Positions 10,395 to 19,764 of a stretch of DNA of 64,000 nucleotides are shown piece by piece. A program made the position numbers and the translations under genes. Positions within the stretch are counted from its first letter, which is position 1. Every line of letters begins with the position of its first letter. The stretch comes from an uncultured Clostridia bacterium. GTDB taxonomy: Bacteria > Bacillota > Clostridia > TANB77 > CAG-508. The stretch lies in the NCBI GenBank assembly GCA_947626875.1, contig CANQTV010000002.1, forward strand, positions 10,324 to 74,323, in the 5' to 3' direction. Under the pieces are notes generated by a model. It had not been told where the DNA came from and did no database searches. It saw only the letters and a program-made list of their open reading frames with translations.

Positions 10395-10513
10395 AAAATA
10401 ATTACAATTTTGACTGTGTCAACTTTCATTAAAAACGCGGTTACATACAAAGAGTATGTGCCCTTGCCTTTTTAATAAAAGTTTCCTTGTCAAAATTTAA
10501 TTCTTTTCCAACT
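10389..10513. repeat. family-2 long-hairpin intergenic element, copy A
   Basis: AGTTGAAAAATAATTACAATTTTGAC...GTCAAAATTTAATTCTTTTCCAACT folds as one about 60-bp imperfect hairpin. The cysS TGA (10392-10394) lies inside the left terminus. Confidence 0.88.
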
Positions 10514-10547
10514 GAGAGTTTGTACTTAGGAAAGGAATGTGATAGAA

Positions 10548-11546
10548 ATGGCAATATTATTACCAGGTGGAGCAGGATATATTGGAAGTCATACAGCAGT
10601 GGAATTATTAAATGCGGGAAAAGAAATTATTATTATAGATAATTATTCAAATAGCAAACCACAAGTATTAGAAGAAATTAAACAAATTACAGGAAAAGAC
10701 TTTAAATCATATATAATGGACTACCGAGATAAAGAAAAACTGGAAAAGGTATTTAGGGAAAATAAAATCGAAGCAGTTATAAATTTTGCAGGTTATAAAG
10801 CAGTAGGAGAATCGATTGAAAAGCCATTAGAATATTATGATAACAATATAATGGGTGCAATTGCTTTATTAGAAATAATGAAGAAATATGAGGTAAATAA
10901 ATTTATATTTAGTTCATCAGCAACAGTTTATGGAGAACCAGAAAAAATACCAATTACAGAAGATTGCAGAACTGGAGGAACAACAAATCCATATGGTAAT
11001 ACAAAGTTATTTATAGAACAAATCTTAAAAGATGTATATAATGCTGATAATACATGGGACATTTGTATTTTAAGATATTTCAATCCAGTAGGTGCACATG
11101 AAAGTGGAAAAATAGGGGAAGAACCAAATGGAATTCCAAATAATTTAATGCCGTATATTGCAAGAGTAGCAGTAGGGCAATTAGAACAATTATCTGTATT
11201 TGGAGATGATTATGATACACCAGATGGAACTGGTGTAAGAGATTATATTCATGTTGTTGATTTAGCTAAAGGTCATGTATGTGCATTAGAAAAATTGGAA
11301 AAAGAGCAGAAAGGATTATATATTTATAATTTGGGAACAGGTACTGGATATAGTGTATTAGACATGGTAAGAGCGTTTGAAAAGGCAACAGGAAAGACTG
11401 TGCCATATAAGATAGCTCCAAGAAGAGCAGGAGATATTGCTAGTTGTTATGCAGATCCAACAAAAGCAAAACAAGAGTTAGGATGGGAAGCAACAAAAAC
11501 ATTAGAAGATATGTGTAAAGATTCATGGAACTATATACAACATTAA
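10548..11546 (+). CDS. galE: UDP-glucose 4-epimerase
   Basis: Rossmann motif GGAGYIGSH, catalytic YGNTK (YxxxK), and FNPVGAH. The start is taken at ATG 10548 (MAILLPGG...). Confidence 0.9.
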   Translation: MAILLPGGAGYIGSHTAVELLNAGKEIIIIDNYSNSKPQVLEEIKQITGKDFKSYIMDYRDKEKLEKVFRENKIEAVINFAGYKAVGESIEKPLEYYDNNIMGAIALLEIMKKYEVNKFIFSSSATVYGEPEKIPITEDCRTGGTTNPYGNTKLFIEQILKDVYNADNTWDICILRYFNPVGAHESGKIGEEPNGIPNNLMPYIARVAVGQLEQLSVFGDDYDTPDGTGVRDYIHVVDLAKGHVCALEKLEKEQKGLYIYNLGTGTGYSVLDMVRAFEKATGKTVPYKIAPRRAGDIASCYADPTKAKQELGWEATKTLEDMCKDSWNYIQH

Positions 11547-11562
11547 GAAAGGAATGAGATGA

Positions 11563-13281
11563 GTGATAGATTTTAAACAAGAAATAGCAAATACAATTTC
11601 AAAAGTAATTGAAATAAATGCGAATGAATTAAAAGAATATATTGAGATTCCAAAAGATACAAAAAATGGAGATTATGCTTTTCCTTGTTTTCGTCTTGCA
11701 AAAGAATTAAAAAAAGCACCACCAGTAATAGCACAAGAAATTAAAGAAAAAATAGAAATTGATACAAATTATATAGAAAAGGTAGAAATAGCAGGAGGAT
11801 ATTTAAATTTTTATGTACCAAAAATGAAATTGGCTAAAGAAGTTTTAGGAGAGATTGCAAAACAGGAACAATATGGTGCAAGTGATATTGGAAAAGGCAA
11901 AAATATAGTAATTGATTATTCAGCACCAAATATAGCAAAACCATTTCATATTGGGCATCTACGTTCAACAGTAATTGGAGCAGCACTTTATAAAATATAT
12001 AAATATTTAGGATATAATGTAATAGGAATTAACCATTTAGGAGATTATGGTACACAATTTGGAAAATTGATTGAAGGATATAGGTTATGGGGAAACGAAT
12101 ATGACATTGATAAAAATCCTATTGAAGAATTGACGAAAATATATGTTAGGATTAATGAACTGTGTAAGAAAGACGAAAATGTTCTACAAGCTTGTCGTGA
12201 TAATTTCAAAAAATTAGAAGATGGTGATGAATATTGTGTTACACTATGGAAAAAATTTAGAGAACTAAGTTTACAAGAATTTCAAAAAGTTTATGATTTG
12301 CTAGGAAGTGAATTTGATTCATGGAATGGGGAAGCTTTTTACTCTGATAAAATGCCAGAAGTAATAGACATATTAGAAAAGACGGGTAAGCTAGTTGAAT
12401 CACAAGGTGCAATGATTATTGATTTAGAAGAGCAAGGAATAAATACACCTTGTATTATAAAAAAGACAAATGGTTCAACAACATATGCAACAAGGGATTT
12501 AGCAGCAATATTATATAGAGCAAGAACTTATGATTTTGATAAAGCATTATATGTTACTTCATATGAACAAGTATTACATTTTAAACAAGTTTTTGAAGTT
12601 GCAAAATTGTTAGGCTTAGATGAAAAATATACAAAAGGTTTAGAACATGTGTCTTTTGGAATGGTATTATTACCAACAGGAAAAATGTCTACAAGGGAAG
12701 GAAATATTGTTAAATTAGAAGATTTATTGCAAGAGTCAATGACAAGAGCAAAAGAAATTATCGAAGAAAAAAATCCAAGTTTACCAAACAAAGAAGAAAT
12801 TAGTAAAAAAGTTGGAATAGGGGCAATTATATTTAATGATTTAGCAAATAGTCGTGTTAAAGATGAAATATTTGACTGGAACCAAATTTTGAACTTCCAA
12901 GGGGAAACAGGTCCATATATTCAATATACCTATGTGCGTACACAAAGTGTATTAGAAAAAGCAGGTATTGAAAAAGATGAATTAAAAATAGAAAATGTAA
13001 AAGTGGAAACATTACAAGATAGTTATTCTCAAAATATTATAAAATTATTATACAATTTTAATGAGATTTTACAACAGGTAACAGAAAAGAATGAGCCATC
13101 AATTTTGTCACGTTATTTAATTGAATTAGCAAAAGCGTTTAGTGTTTTTTATAATGAAAATAAAATTATGGTGGAAGAAACAGATGTAAGAGATAGTAGG
13201 TTATATTTAACTTATGCAGTTGGCAAAGTTTTGAAGATGGGGGCGGAGTTATTGGGTATGGAGATGCCCGCTAAAATGTAA
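11563..13281 (+). CDS. argS: arginine--tRNA ligase
   Basis: HIGH-type motif PFHIGHLRS, a GKMSTREG loop, and a C-terminal DALR anticodon-binding end ...MPAKM. GTG start behind an AGAAAGGAA SD. Confidence 0.92.
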   Translation: MIDFKQEIANTISKVIEINANELKEYIEIPKDTKNGDYAFPCFRLAKELKKAPPVIAQEIKEKIEIDTNYIEKVEIAGGYLNFYVPKMKLAKEVLGEIAKQEQYGASDIGKGKNIVIDYSAPNIAKPFHIGHLRSTVIGAALYKIYKYLGYNVIGINHLGDYGTQFGKLIEGYRLWGNEYDIDKNPIEELTKIYVRINELCKKDENVLQACRDNFKKLEDGDEYCVTLWKKFRELSLQEFQKVYDLLGSEFDSWNGEAFYSDKMPEVIDILEKTGKLVESQGAMIIDLEEQGINTPCIIKKTNGSTTYATRDLAAILYRARTYDFDKALYVTSYEQVLHFKQVFEVAKLLGLDEKYTKGLEHVSFGMVLLPTGKMSTREGNIVKLEDLLQESMTRAKEIIEEKNPSLPNKEEISKKVGIGAIIFNDLANSRVKDEIFDWNQILNFQGETGPYIQYTYVRTQSVLEKAGIEKDELKIENVKVETLQDSYSQNIIKLLYNFNEILQQVTEKNEPSILSRYLIELAKAFSVFYNENKIMVEETDVRDSRLYLTYAVGKVLKMGAELLGMEMPAKM

Positions 13282-13294
13282 TTCTTTTCCAACT
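13279..13294. repeat. family-2 solo right terminus
   Basis: TAATTCTTTTCCAACT is identical to the right end of copies A and C. Its first three bases are the argS TAA. Confidence 0.6.
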
Positions 13295-13302
13295 AGGAAA
13301 TT

Positions 13303-13339
13303 AAAAAAGAAGTGAAAATTTAATTTTCACTTCTTTTTT
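13303..13339. terminator. bidirectional terminator between argS and the SPFH gene
   Basis: AAAAAAGAAGTGAAAATT / AATTTTCACTTCTTTTTT is a perfect inverted repeat with A and T tracts on either side. Confidence 0.75.
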
Positions 13340-14267
13340 CTTCTTCTTTTTTAGTTTCTTTTTTTGATTCTTTTTTATCAGTTAAAACTTCTTTCATTGC
13401 ACCTAAGCTAGCTAAAGCACTTGTTGCTTCAAAAGGAATAAATACTTTGTTTGCTTCACCTTTTGCAACTTCTTCTAAAGCTTCTAAAGATTTTAATTGA
13501 ACAAGTTTATCATTTGGGTCAGCTTGTTTCATAGCATCATAAATCATTTGAATTTCTTTTGCCTTAGCTTCAGCAACTTCTTTAATTGCTTGTGCTTCAC
13601 CGGCAGCTCTTCTGATTTTAGATTCTCTATCAGCTTCAGCTTCTAGAATAGAAGCTTGTTTCTTACCTTCTGCAATTGTAATAGCAGATTGCCTTTCAGC
13701 TTCAGATTCAAGAATTAATGCTCTTTTATTTCTTTCAGCATTCATTTCTTTTTCCATGGCATCGCGGATATCAGCTGGAGGGGTAATATCTTTAATTTCA
13801 ACTCTATCTACTTTACATCCCCATTTATCAGTTGCTTCATCAAGAACAACTCTTAATTGTGTATTGATACCATCTCTTGAACTAAATGTTTCATCTAAGT
13901 CCATTTTACCAATGATATCACGAATTGTTGTAATTGCTAAATATTCAATACCTTTTTTCAAGTTTTGAATTTCGTATACAGCTTTTGCTGGATCAGTTAT
14001 TTGATAAAATACAACTGTATCAATTGTAATTGTAACATTATCTTTTGTGATAACTCCTTGAGGTGGTACATCCATTGTTTGTTGTTTTAAGCTAACAACA
14101 CTTCTAACATGATCAAAGAAAGGAATGATAATAGTAAGACCGGCATCAGCTACTTTATAAAATTTACCCAACCTTTCAATAATGTAAACCTCAGCTTGTT
14201 TTACGATTTTAATAGAACTAAATGCAATGATTAAAATAATAACAAGTAGTGCTAATAAAAACAACAT
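13320..14267 (-). CDS. SPFH/band-7 (stomatin-like) membrane protein
   Basis: N-terminal TM, then a band-7 core (IVKQAEVYIIERLGKF...VTIDTVVFYQITDP) and a coiled-coil A/E-rich C-terminus. It is paired with nfeD upstream. Confidence 0.88.
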   Translation of the reverse strand: MLFLLALLVIILIIAFSSIKIVKQAEVYIIERLGKFYKVADAGLTIIIPFFDHVRSVVSLKQQTMDVPPQGVITKDNVTITIDTVVFYQITDPAKAVYEIQNLKKGIEYLAITTIRDIIGKMDLDETFSSRDGINTQLRVVLDEATDKWGCKVDRVEIKDITPPADIRDAMEKEMNAERNKRALILESEAERQSAITIAEGKKQASILEAEADRESKIRRAAGEAQAIKEVAEAKAKEIQMIYDAMKQADPNDKLVQLKSLEALEEVAKGEANKVFIPFEATSALASLGAMKEVLTDKKESKKETKKEEEKRSEN

Positions 14268-14334
14268 AATTTCTACCTCCTTTTTTAGAAAGTTTCTCTT
14301 TCTAAAATATATTTATAAATAAAAATATAAATAC

Positions 14335-14778
14335 CTAATTTTGTGTTATAGCCATTTTTATAGGTTCAACAATGGCTTTTACACCTTCAATTTTTAAAAC
14401 TTTGACTTCTGCATCAACAGGTATAATAGTTTCATCTTCACATTGTGCAGACCAAGTTTCTCCTCCGATTTTAATTTGACCTGTTCCTTTAATAGTATTA
14501 ATTTCTTGAATAACAAGAGCTTTTTTACCAATTAAGGAAAATGCATTTGTAATAAGAATTTCTTTTTCCATAAATTTTTTAACAAAAGGCTTTGTTGCTA
14601 GAATCAGAATTGCAGATGAAATAATAAAAACAGTCATCTGAATAATTATATTAGAAGTAAAGAAACTAACAATCATTGCAAATAAACTTGCAACACCACA
14701 CCAAAATAGTAAAAATCCTACGGTTATAATTTCTCCTATAAAAAATACACCTGCAGCTATTAACCAATATTGCCACAT
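14335..14778 (-). CDS. NfeD-family membrane protein
   Basis: Three N-terminal TM helices plus a C-terminal OB-like soluble domain (GKKALV...GQIKIGGETWSA...V.V..IEG). It lies directly upstream of the SPFH gene. Confidence 0.8.
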   Translation of the reverse strand: MWQYWLIAAGVFFIGEIITVGFLLFWCGVASLFAMIVSFFTSNIIIQMTVFIISSAILILATKPFVKKFMEKEILITNAFSLIGKKALVIQEINTIKGTGQIKIGGETWSAQCEDETIIPVDAEVKVLKIEGVKAIVEPIKMAITQN

Positions 14779-14968
14779 AATGCATACCTCCTAAAAACTT
14801 ACTACATTTCTATTATACTACATTTTTCCATAAAAATAAAGGGATTTGCCGAATAAAGTAAAAAAAACCGGAAAAATTAGTATAAAAAATAAGTATAGTA
14901 TTTTTTTTTACTTGTAATTCTATTAAAAAAATGATATAGTAAGAAAGGAAAAATGCGAGGTGACAAAA

Positions 14969-15889
14969 ATGCAAATACAAGAATACATAGAAAATGCAAA
15001 TTTGCAGATACCACAAAATCGAATACAATATGAAGAACCAATGAAAAATCATACTAGTTTTAAAGTTGGTGGGCCAGCAGAAGTCTATATAAAAATACAG
15101 AATGAGGAAGAATTGCAAAGTATACAAAAATTTGCAAATGAAAAGAAAATACCAATTACAATTTTAGGAAACGGAAGTAATGTATTAGTAACAGATAAAG
15201 GGATTAGAGGAATTGTTTTACAAATTAATATAAAAAAGGAAATAGTAGAAGATTTACAAAATGGAAAAAAACGAGTGATATTAGGAGCAGGAAATAAAAT
15301 GGCAGAAGTTGCACATAGTTTGTGTAAACAGAGTATCACGGGATTTGAAGAATTGGCAGGTATTCCAGGCACAGTTGGTGGAGCAGTAAAAATGAATGCA
15401 GGTGCTTATGGAAAAGAAATTAAAGATATTATAAAACAGGTTAGAGTATTAGATGAAACAGGAAAAATAGAAACATGGGAGAAAGATAAACTTCAATTTG
15501 AATATAGAAACAGTGTATTTTCAAGTAACAAAGCAATTATATTAGAAGCAGAATTTATTTTAGATACAGCAAGTCAAAATGAAATCAAAGAAAAAATGGA
15601 TGAATATATGCAAATGCGTAAACAAAAGCAACCAATGGAGTACCCAAGTGCAGGAAGTACATTTAAAAGGGGAAATACTTATATTACAGCAAAATTAATT
15701 GATGAAGCAGGTCTAAAGGGATATCAAATAGGTGGAGCTCAAGTTTCAGAAAAACATGCAGGGTTTGTCATCAATAAAGATAATGCTACTGCAAAAGATA
15801 TACAAGAGTTAATTGAATTCATAAAAAAGACTGTATATGAAAAATGTGGAGAGAAAATTGAGTTAGAAGTAGAAATAATTGGAGAATAG
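14969..15889 (+). CDS. murB: UDP-N-acetylenolpyruvoylglucosamine reductase
   Basis: FAD-binding region MKNHTSFKVGGPAE...ILGNGSNVLV and C-terminal PSAGSTFKRG. The start is ATG 14969 behind GAGGTGA (the ORF is open from GTG 14960). Confidence 0.9.
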   Translation: MQIQEYIENANLQIPQNRIQYEEPMKNHTSFKVGGPAEVYIKIQNEEELQSIQKFANEKKIPITILGNGSNVLVTDKGIRGIVLQINIKKEIVEDLQNGKKRVILGAGNKMAEVAHSLCKQSITGFEELAGIPGTVGGAVKMNAGAYGKEIKDIIKQVRVLDETGKIETWEKDKLQFEYRNSVFSSNKAIILEAEFILDTASQNEIKEKMDEYMQMRKQKQPMEYPSAGSTFKRGNTYITAKLIDEAGLKGYQIGGAQVSEKHAGFVINKDNATAKDIQELIEFIKKTVYEKCGEKIELEVEIIGE

Positions 15890-15898
15890 GAGGAAATC

Positions 15899-17479
15899 AT
15901 GAAGGGATTTTTAAAATGGTTTCAAGCAAGTTCAAAAATGAAAAGGTGGATGCTTATGATTGTAGTAGGTATCTTATTGACATGTCTTGGAATAGCTAAA
16001 ATCTTAGTTTTAAAAGAAATGACATTTATGCAAGTAGGGAAAGTTGTAGGAGTATTTGTTGTTGGATTTTTAGCTATTGTTATAGGATTAGTAGGTTTAA
16101 ATAAAAGAACATTAGAAGTATTAGTAGAATCTACAGATGAAAGAATGGAAGGCAATAAAAAAGTAAATGTAAAATCATTAATATTTAACAAAAAGGTATA
16201 TGATAAAGGACCTAATATTGTTGTGATTGGCGGAGGTACAGGATTAAATACAGTTTTAACAGGATTAAAAAAATATACTAGTAATTTGACAGCAATTGTA
16301 ACAATTTCAGATTATGGTGAAGAAATTTCAACTTCACGCAAAGAATTAGGAACATTACCATTAGAAGATGTAAAAGATAGTATTATTTCATTAGCAAATC
16401 AAGAAGAAAAAATGAGTGAATTGTTAAATTATAATTTTAAGAAAGGAAAGCTAAGAGGATTATCATTTGCAGATATTTATTTTTTAGCAATGAGTGAAGT
16501 TCATGAGGATTTTGCAAAATCAATTATTAATAGTAATGAAATTTTAAATATTGTGGGAAGAGTTTTGCCTGTAACGTTAGACCAAATGAATATTACAGCA
16601 GAACTTGCAAATGGATATAGTGTGACAGAAAAATCAAGAATACCAGAAGTAGTATATGATAAAGTGACAAAAATCAATCGAATTTATTTAAATCCTTCAA
16701 ACTGTATGCCAGCACCAGGTGTAATAGAAGCAATTCAACAAGCTGATTGTATCATTATTGGACCAGGTAGTTTATATACAAATGTTATTCCAAATTTATT
16801 AGTTAATGGAATAGCAAAAGCAATAAAAAAAGCAACTGCAATGAAAATATACATTAGTAATATAATGACAGATCCAGGACAAACTGATGACTATTCAATT
16901 TCAGATCATATAAAAGCTATTGAGGAACATTGTGGAAAAGGTCTTATTGATTATTGTATTTATGATACTGGAGAAATTATCCCTGAAATGATTAAAAAAT
17001 ATAATAGTGAAGGGCAAGAATTAGTAGAACAAGATGTGGATAAAGTAAAAGGAATTACTTTTTTACAGAGAGATTTAGCATTAGTAACAGATGGACATAT
17101 TAGACATGATCCAACTTTAGTAGCAGCATCAGTTATTGAATTGATATGTGATGATTTAAAATATCAAGATAAGCAAAATGATCCACAATATATGATGTTA
17201 AATAATAAATTAAGAGAAGATAAACGTATTCAAAAAATAAAAAAGAGAATGAAGAAAAATGAAAAGAAAAATAGTAAAAATCCTAAGAATACTGCAAAAC
17301 ATATAAAAAGCAAAAGTAAATTTAGTAGTAAATATAGTGATAGAATTGCTTCAATTAAAGAAGCAGACAAAAAGGCTAATAGAAAAGCAGAGCAAAGAAA
17401 AAAAGCAAAGAAAAAGACTAAAGCAGATATAAGGGAAGAGATGAAGAGGAAGTTAGAAAAGAGTAGTTTTGATAAATAA
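15899..17479 (+). CDS. YvcK/CofD-family protein with N-terminal membrane anchor and Lys-rich C-terminal tail
   Basis: The core carries VVIGGGTGLNTVL and IIIGPGSLYTNVIPNLLV, which are YvcK signatures. About 100 extra N-terminal residues contain two hydrophobic helices, and about 100 extra C-terminal residues are K/R-rich. Confidence 0.8.
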   Translation: MKGFLKWFQASSKMKRWMLMIVVGILLTCLGIAKILVLKEMTFMQVGKVVGVFVVGFLAIVIGLVGLNKRTLEVLVESTDERMEGNKKVNVKSLIFNKKVYDKGPNIVVIGGGTGLNTVLTGLKKYTSNLTAIVTISDYGEEISTSRKELGTLPLEDVKDSIISLANQEEKMSELLNYNFKKGKLRGLSFADIYFLAMSEVHEDFAKSIINSNEILNIVGRVLPVTLDQMNITAELANGYSVTEKSRIPEVVYDKVTKINRIYLNPSNCMPAPGVIEAIQQADCIIIGPGSLYTNVIPNLLVNGIAKAIKKATAMKIYISNIMTDPGQTDDYSISDHIKAIEEHCGKGLIDYCIYDTGEIIPEMIKKYNSEGQELVEQDVDKVKGITFLQRDLALVTDGHIRHDPTLVAASVIELICDDLKYQDKQNDPQYMMLNNKLREDKRIQKIKKRMKKNEKKNSKNPKNTAKHIKSKSKFSSKYSDRIASIKEADKKANRKAEQRKKAKKKTKADIREEMKRKLEKSSFDK

Positions 17480-17485
17480 TGGGGT

Positions 17486-17614
17486 AGTTGAAAAACAATT
17501 ATAATTTTGGCTGTGTCACAACGATTAAGGAATACAGTTGACTAAAGTCAACTGCATACTGACGCTGTAACAGCTAAAGCTTAACAGCCTCAGCAATTTA
17601 ATTCTTTTTCAACT
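17486..17614. repeat. family-2 element, copy B (same termini, different core)
   Basis: AGTTGAAAAACAATTATAATTTTGGCTGTGTCAC...CAGCCTCAGCAATTTAATTCTTTTTCAACT. The core holds its own hairpins CAGTTGACTAAAGTCAACTG and GCTGTAACAGC. Confidence 0.85.
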
Positions 17615-17652
17615 TAGTGACCATATACGTTTAGAAAGGAATGAAATAAAAT

Positions 17653-19662
17653 ATGAAGTATACAAAAGAAGCACTTACTTTAGAAAAAGGAATTGAAAGA
17701 GAATGGATTATAACAAATGGCATTGGCGGATTTGCTAGTTCCACTAGTATTGGAATTAATACCAGAAAGTATCATGGTTTGTTAATAGCTCCATTAACAC
17801 CACCAGCTAGGAGATATTTAATATTATCTAAACTAGATGAAAGTCTTGAAATTGGTCAAAAGCATTATGATTTATATTCAAATATGTGTGAAAATTATAT
17901 ATCCAAAGGATATCAATATCAAACAAGTTTTGAAAAAGAATATGTACCTGTATTCACATATAGTGTAGAAGGTGTGCAGATCACAAAAACAATTTGTATG
18001 GAATATGGAAAAAATACTGTAGGTGTGCATTATAAAATAAAAACAAAGGACAAGCCTGTAAAACTAACTTTGGCACCAATTATGAATTTTAGAGATTTTC
18101 ATACAATGAGTACAAATCATGATTTTCAGGTAAAACAACAAATAAACGGAACAAAGGTAAGAGTTGTTATAGATGATGTGATACAATTTCCAATATATAT
18201 GAATTTGTCAGAAGGAAATTATGTGCAACATGAACATGATATATTTTCACATATGTTTTATGTAGAAGAGCAAAAAAGAGGTTTTTATCCAGAGGAAAAC
18301 CATGCAGTAATTGGAAGATATGAAGTAACAATTCCAGAAAATACAACAAAAGAGATTTCATTTGTGTGTTCATTTGAAGAGAATATAGAAGAAATAGATG
18401 TTAAAAAATTAATTCAAAAAGAAAAAAGAAGACTTCAAACAATTGTAAAAAAATCAGATTTAATTGAAGAACCAGAAGCTGAAGAAAAAAAGGAACTTAT
18501 TAAAAATTTAATTATTAGTACAGATAGTTTTATTGCATATAGACCAACATTTAGGTTACATACAATTATAGCAGGATATCCATGGTTTTTAGATTGGGGA
18601 AGAGATAGCTTAATTGCATTAGAAGGGCTATTATTAAAAACAAAAAGATTTGACATAGCCAAAGAAGTGTTATTGACAATGGTAAGAGATATCAAATATG
18701 GATTGGTTCCAAATGGGTATTCAGGTTTTGATAATCGTCCTCTATACAATAGTGTAGATGCATCTTTGTTATTATTTGAACAAATACAAAAATATATTGA
18801 ATATACTGGTGATGAAAGCTTTATTGAAAAAGAAATATTTAGTAAGCTAGAAACGATCATTGAAAATTATATGAATGGAATTGATGTTGATAATAACAAT
18901 ATTTATTTAGATTCAGACAATTTACTTGTATCAGGAACAGACACAACACAAAATACATGGATGGATGCAAAAATTGGTGATTTTGCTGTAACACCACGAA
19001 ATGGTAAAGCGGTAGAGATTAATGCAATGTGGTATAATAGCTTAAAAATCATGGAAAGTTTATGTAAAAAATTTAAGAAAACAACACAAGCAAAGAAATA
19101 TGCTGAATTAGCGAAAGCAACTAAAAATGCATTTGAAGATAAATTTTATAATAGTCGTAGAAAATGTTTGTATGATGTATTAGGAGATAGCAAAATCAGA
19201 CCAAATCAATTATTTAGTTTAAGTTTGACATATCCAATTATTGAACCAAATTCTGAGATTGCAGAAAATATTATTGCAGTAGTGGAGAAAAAGTTATTAA
19301 ATCCATATGGATTGCAAACATTAGCAAAAGGTGAGAAGGGATATGTTGCGGTTTATGAAGGAGATCCTAAAAAACGAGATATGAGTTATCATCAAGGAAT
19401 TACTTGGACATGGTTATTAGGAATTTATTTTGATAGTTTATGCAATATACAAAAAGCACAAAAAGGTAAAACTAAAAAAGAAAAATGGACAAAAAAAATA
19501 CAAGAATTTAAAGAAAATGTAACTCAAACATTTTCAAAAGAAATAGAAGAAAGAGGTTGTGTAGGAAGTATTGCAGAAATTTACGACTCAAATAAACCAT
19601 ATGCACCAAAAGGTGCAATATCACAAGCATGGAGTGTAGCAGAAATTTTGAGAATTATTTAG
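17653..19662 (+). CDS. glycogen debranching enzyme (amylo-alpha-1,6-glucosidase family)
   Basis: N-terminal EWIITNGIGGFASST...RKYHGLL, a GDE_C-type motif GYPWFLDWGRDSLIAL, and C-terminal SQAWSVAEILR. Confidence 0.85.
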   Translation: MKYTKEALTLEKGIEREWIITNGIGGFASSTSIGINTRKYHGLLIAPLTPPARRYLILSKLDESLEIGQKHYDLYSNMCENYISKGYQYQTSFEKEYVPVFTYSVEGVQITKTICMEYGKNTVGVHYKIKTKDKPVKLTLAPIMNFRDFHTMSTNHDFQVKQQINGTKVRVVIDDVIQFPIYMNLSEGNYVQHEHDIFSHMFYVEEQKRGFYPEENHAVIGRYEVTIPENTTKEISFVCSFEENIEEIDVKKLIQKEKRRLQTIVKKSDLIEEPEAEEKKELIKNLIISTDSFIAYRPTFRLHTIIAGYPWFLDWGRDSLIALEGLLLKTKRFDIAKEVLLTMVRDIKYGLVPNGYSGFDNRPLYNSVDASLLLFEQIQKYIEYTGDESFIEKEIFSKLETIIENYMNGIDVDNNNIYLDSDNLLVSGTDTTQNTWMDAKIGDFAVTPRNGKAVEINAMWYNSLKIMESLCKKFKKTTQAKKYAELAKATKNAFEDKFYNSRRKCLYDVLGDSKIRPNQLFSLSLTYPIIEPNSEIAENIIAVVEKKLLNPYGLQTLAKGEKGYVAVYEGDPKKRDMSYHQGITWTWLLGIYFDSLCNIQKAQKGKTKKEKWTKKIQEFKENVTQTFSKEIEERGCVGSIAEIYDSNKPYAPKGAISQAWSVAEILRII

Positions 19663-19763
19663 GGAATTGGGGACGTCCTTTTTTTCCCTATCCAAATTTT
19701 CCCTATTTTGGATAAGGAAGATAAAGAATATTAAAATAGGGAAAATTTAGATAGGGGAAAAAA
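19662..19763. repeat. family-1 element, right GC core missing
   Basis: The left arm GGGAATTGGGGACGTCCTTTTTTTCCC and the inner pair CTATCCAAATTTTCCCTATTTT / AAAATAGGGAAAATTTAGATAG are present. The right side stops at GGGGAAAAAA, just before the ruvC ATG. Confidence 0.85.
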
Positions 19764-19764
19764 T

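Noticed and set aside
11548-11565. Recurrent motif AGAAAGGAATGA(G/T/A) in front of galE, argS, the debranching enzyme, ORF 36335, ruvB and an orphan site at 62166. Some copies form tiny start-stop ORFs such as ATG AGA TGA abutting the argS GTG.
   Set aside because: The motif is best explained as an extended Shine-Dalgarno sequence complementary to the 16S rRNA 3' tail (AGAAAGGAGGTGATC-like). The embedded ATG is only 1-2 nt from the SD core, too close to initiate. It is therefore not treated as a regulatory uORF system.
14779-14968. The 190-nt divergent region between nfeD and murB as a possible small RNA or riboswitch locus.
   Set aside because: It is AT-rich with only weak promoter-like hexamers and poly-A/T tracts, and has no conserved-looking structure or repeat. 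It is most simply a divergent promoter region.
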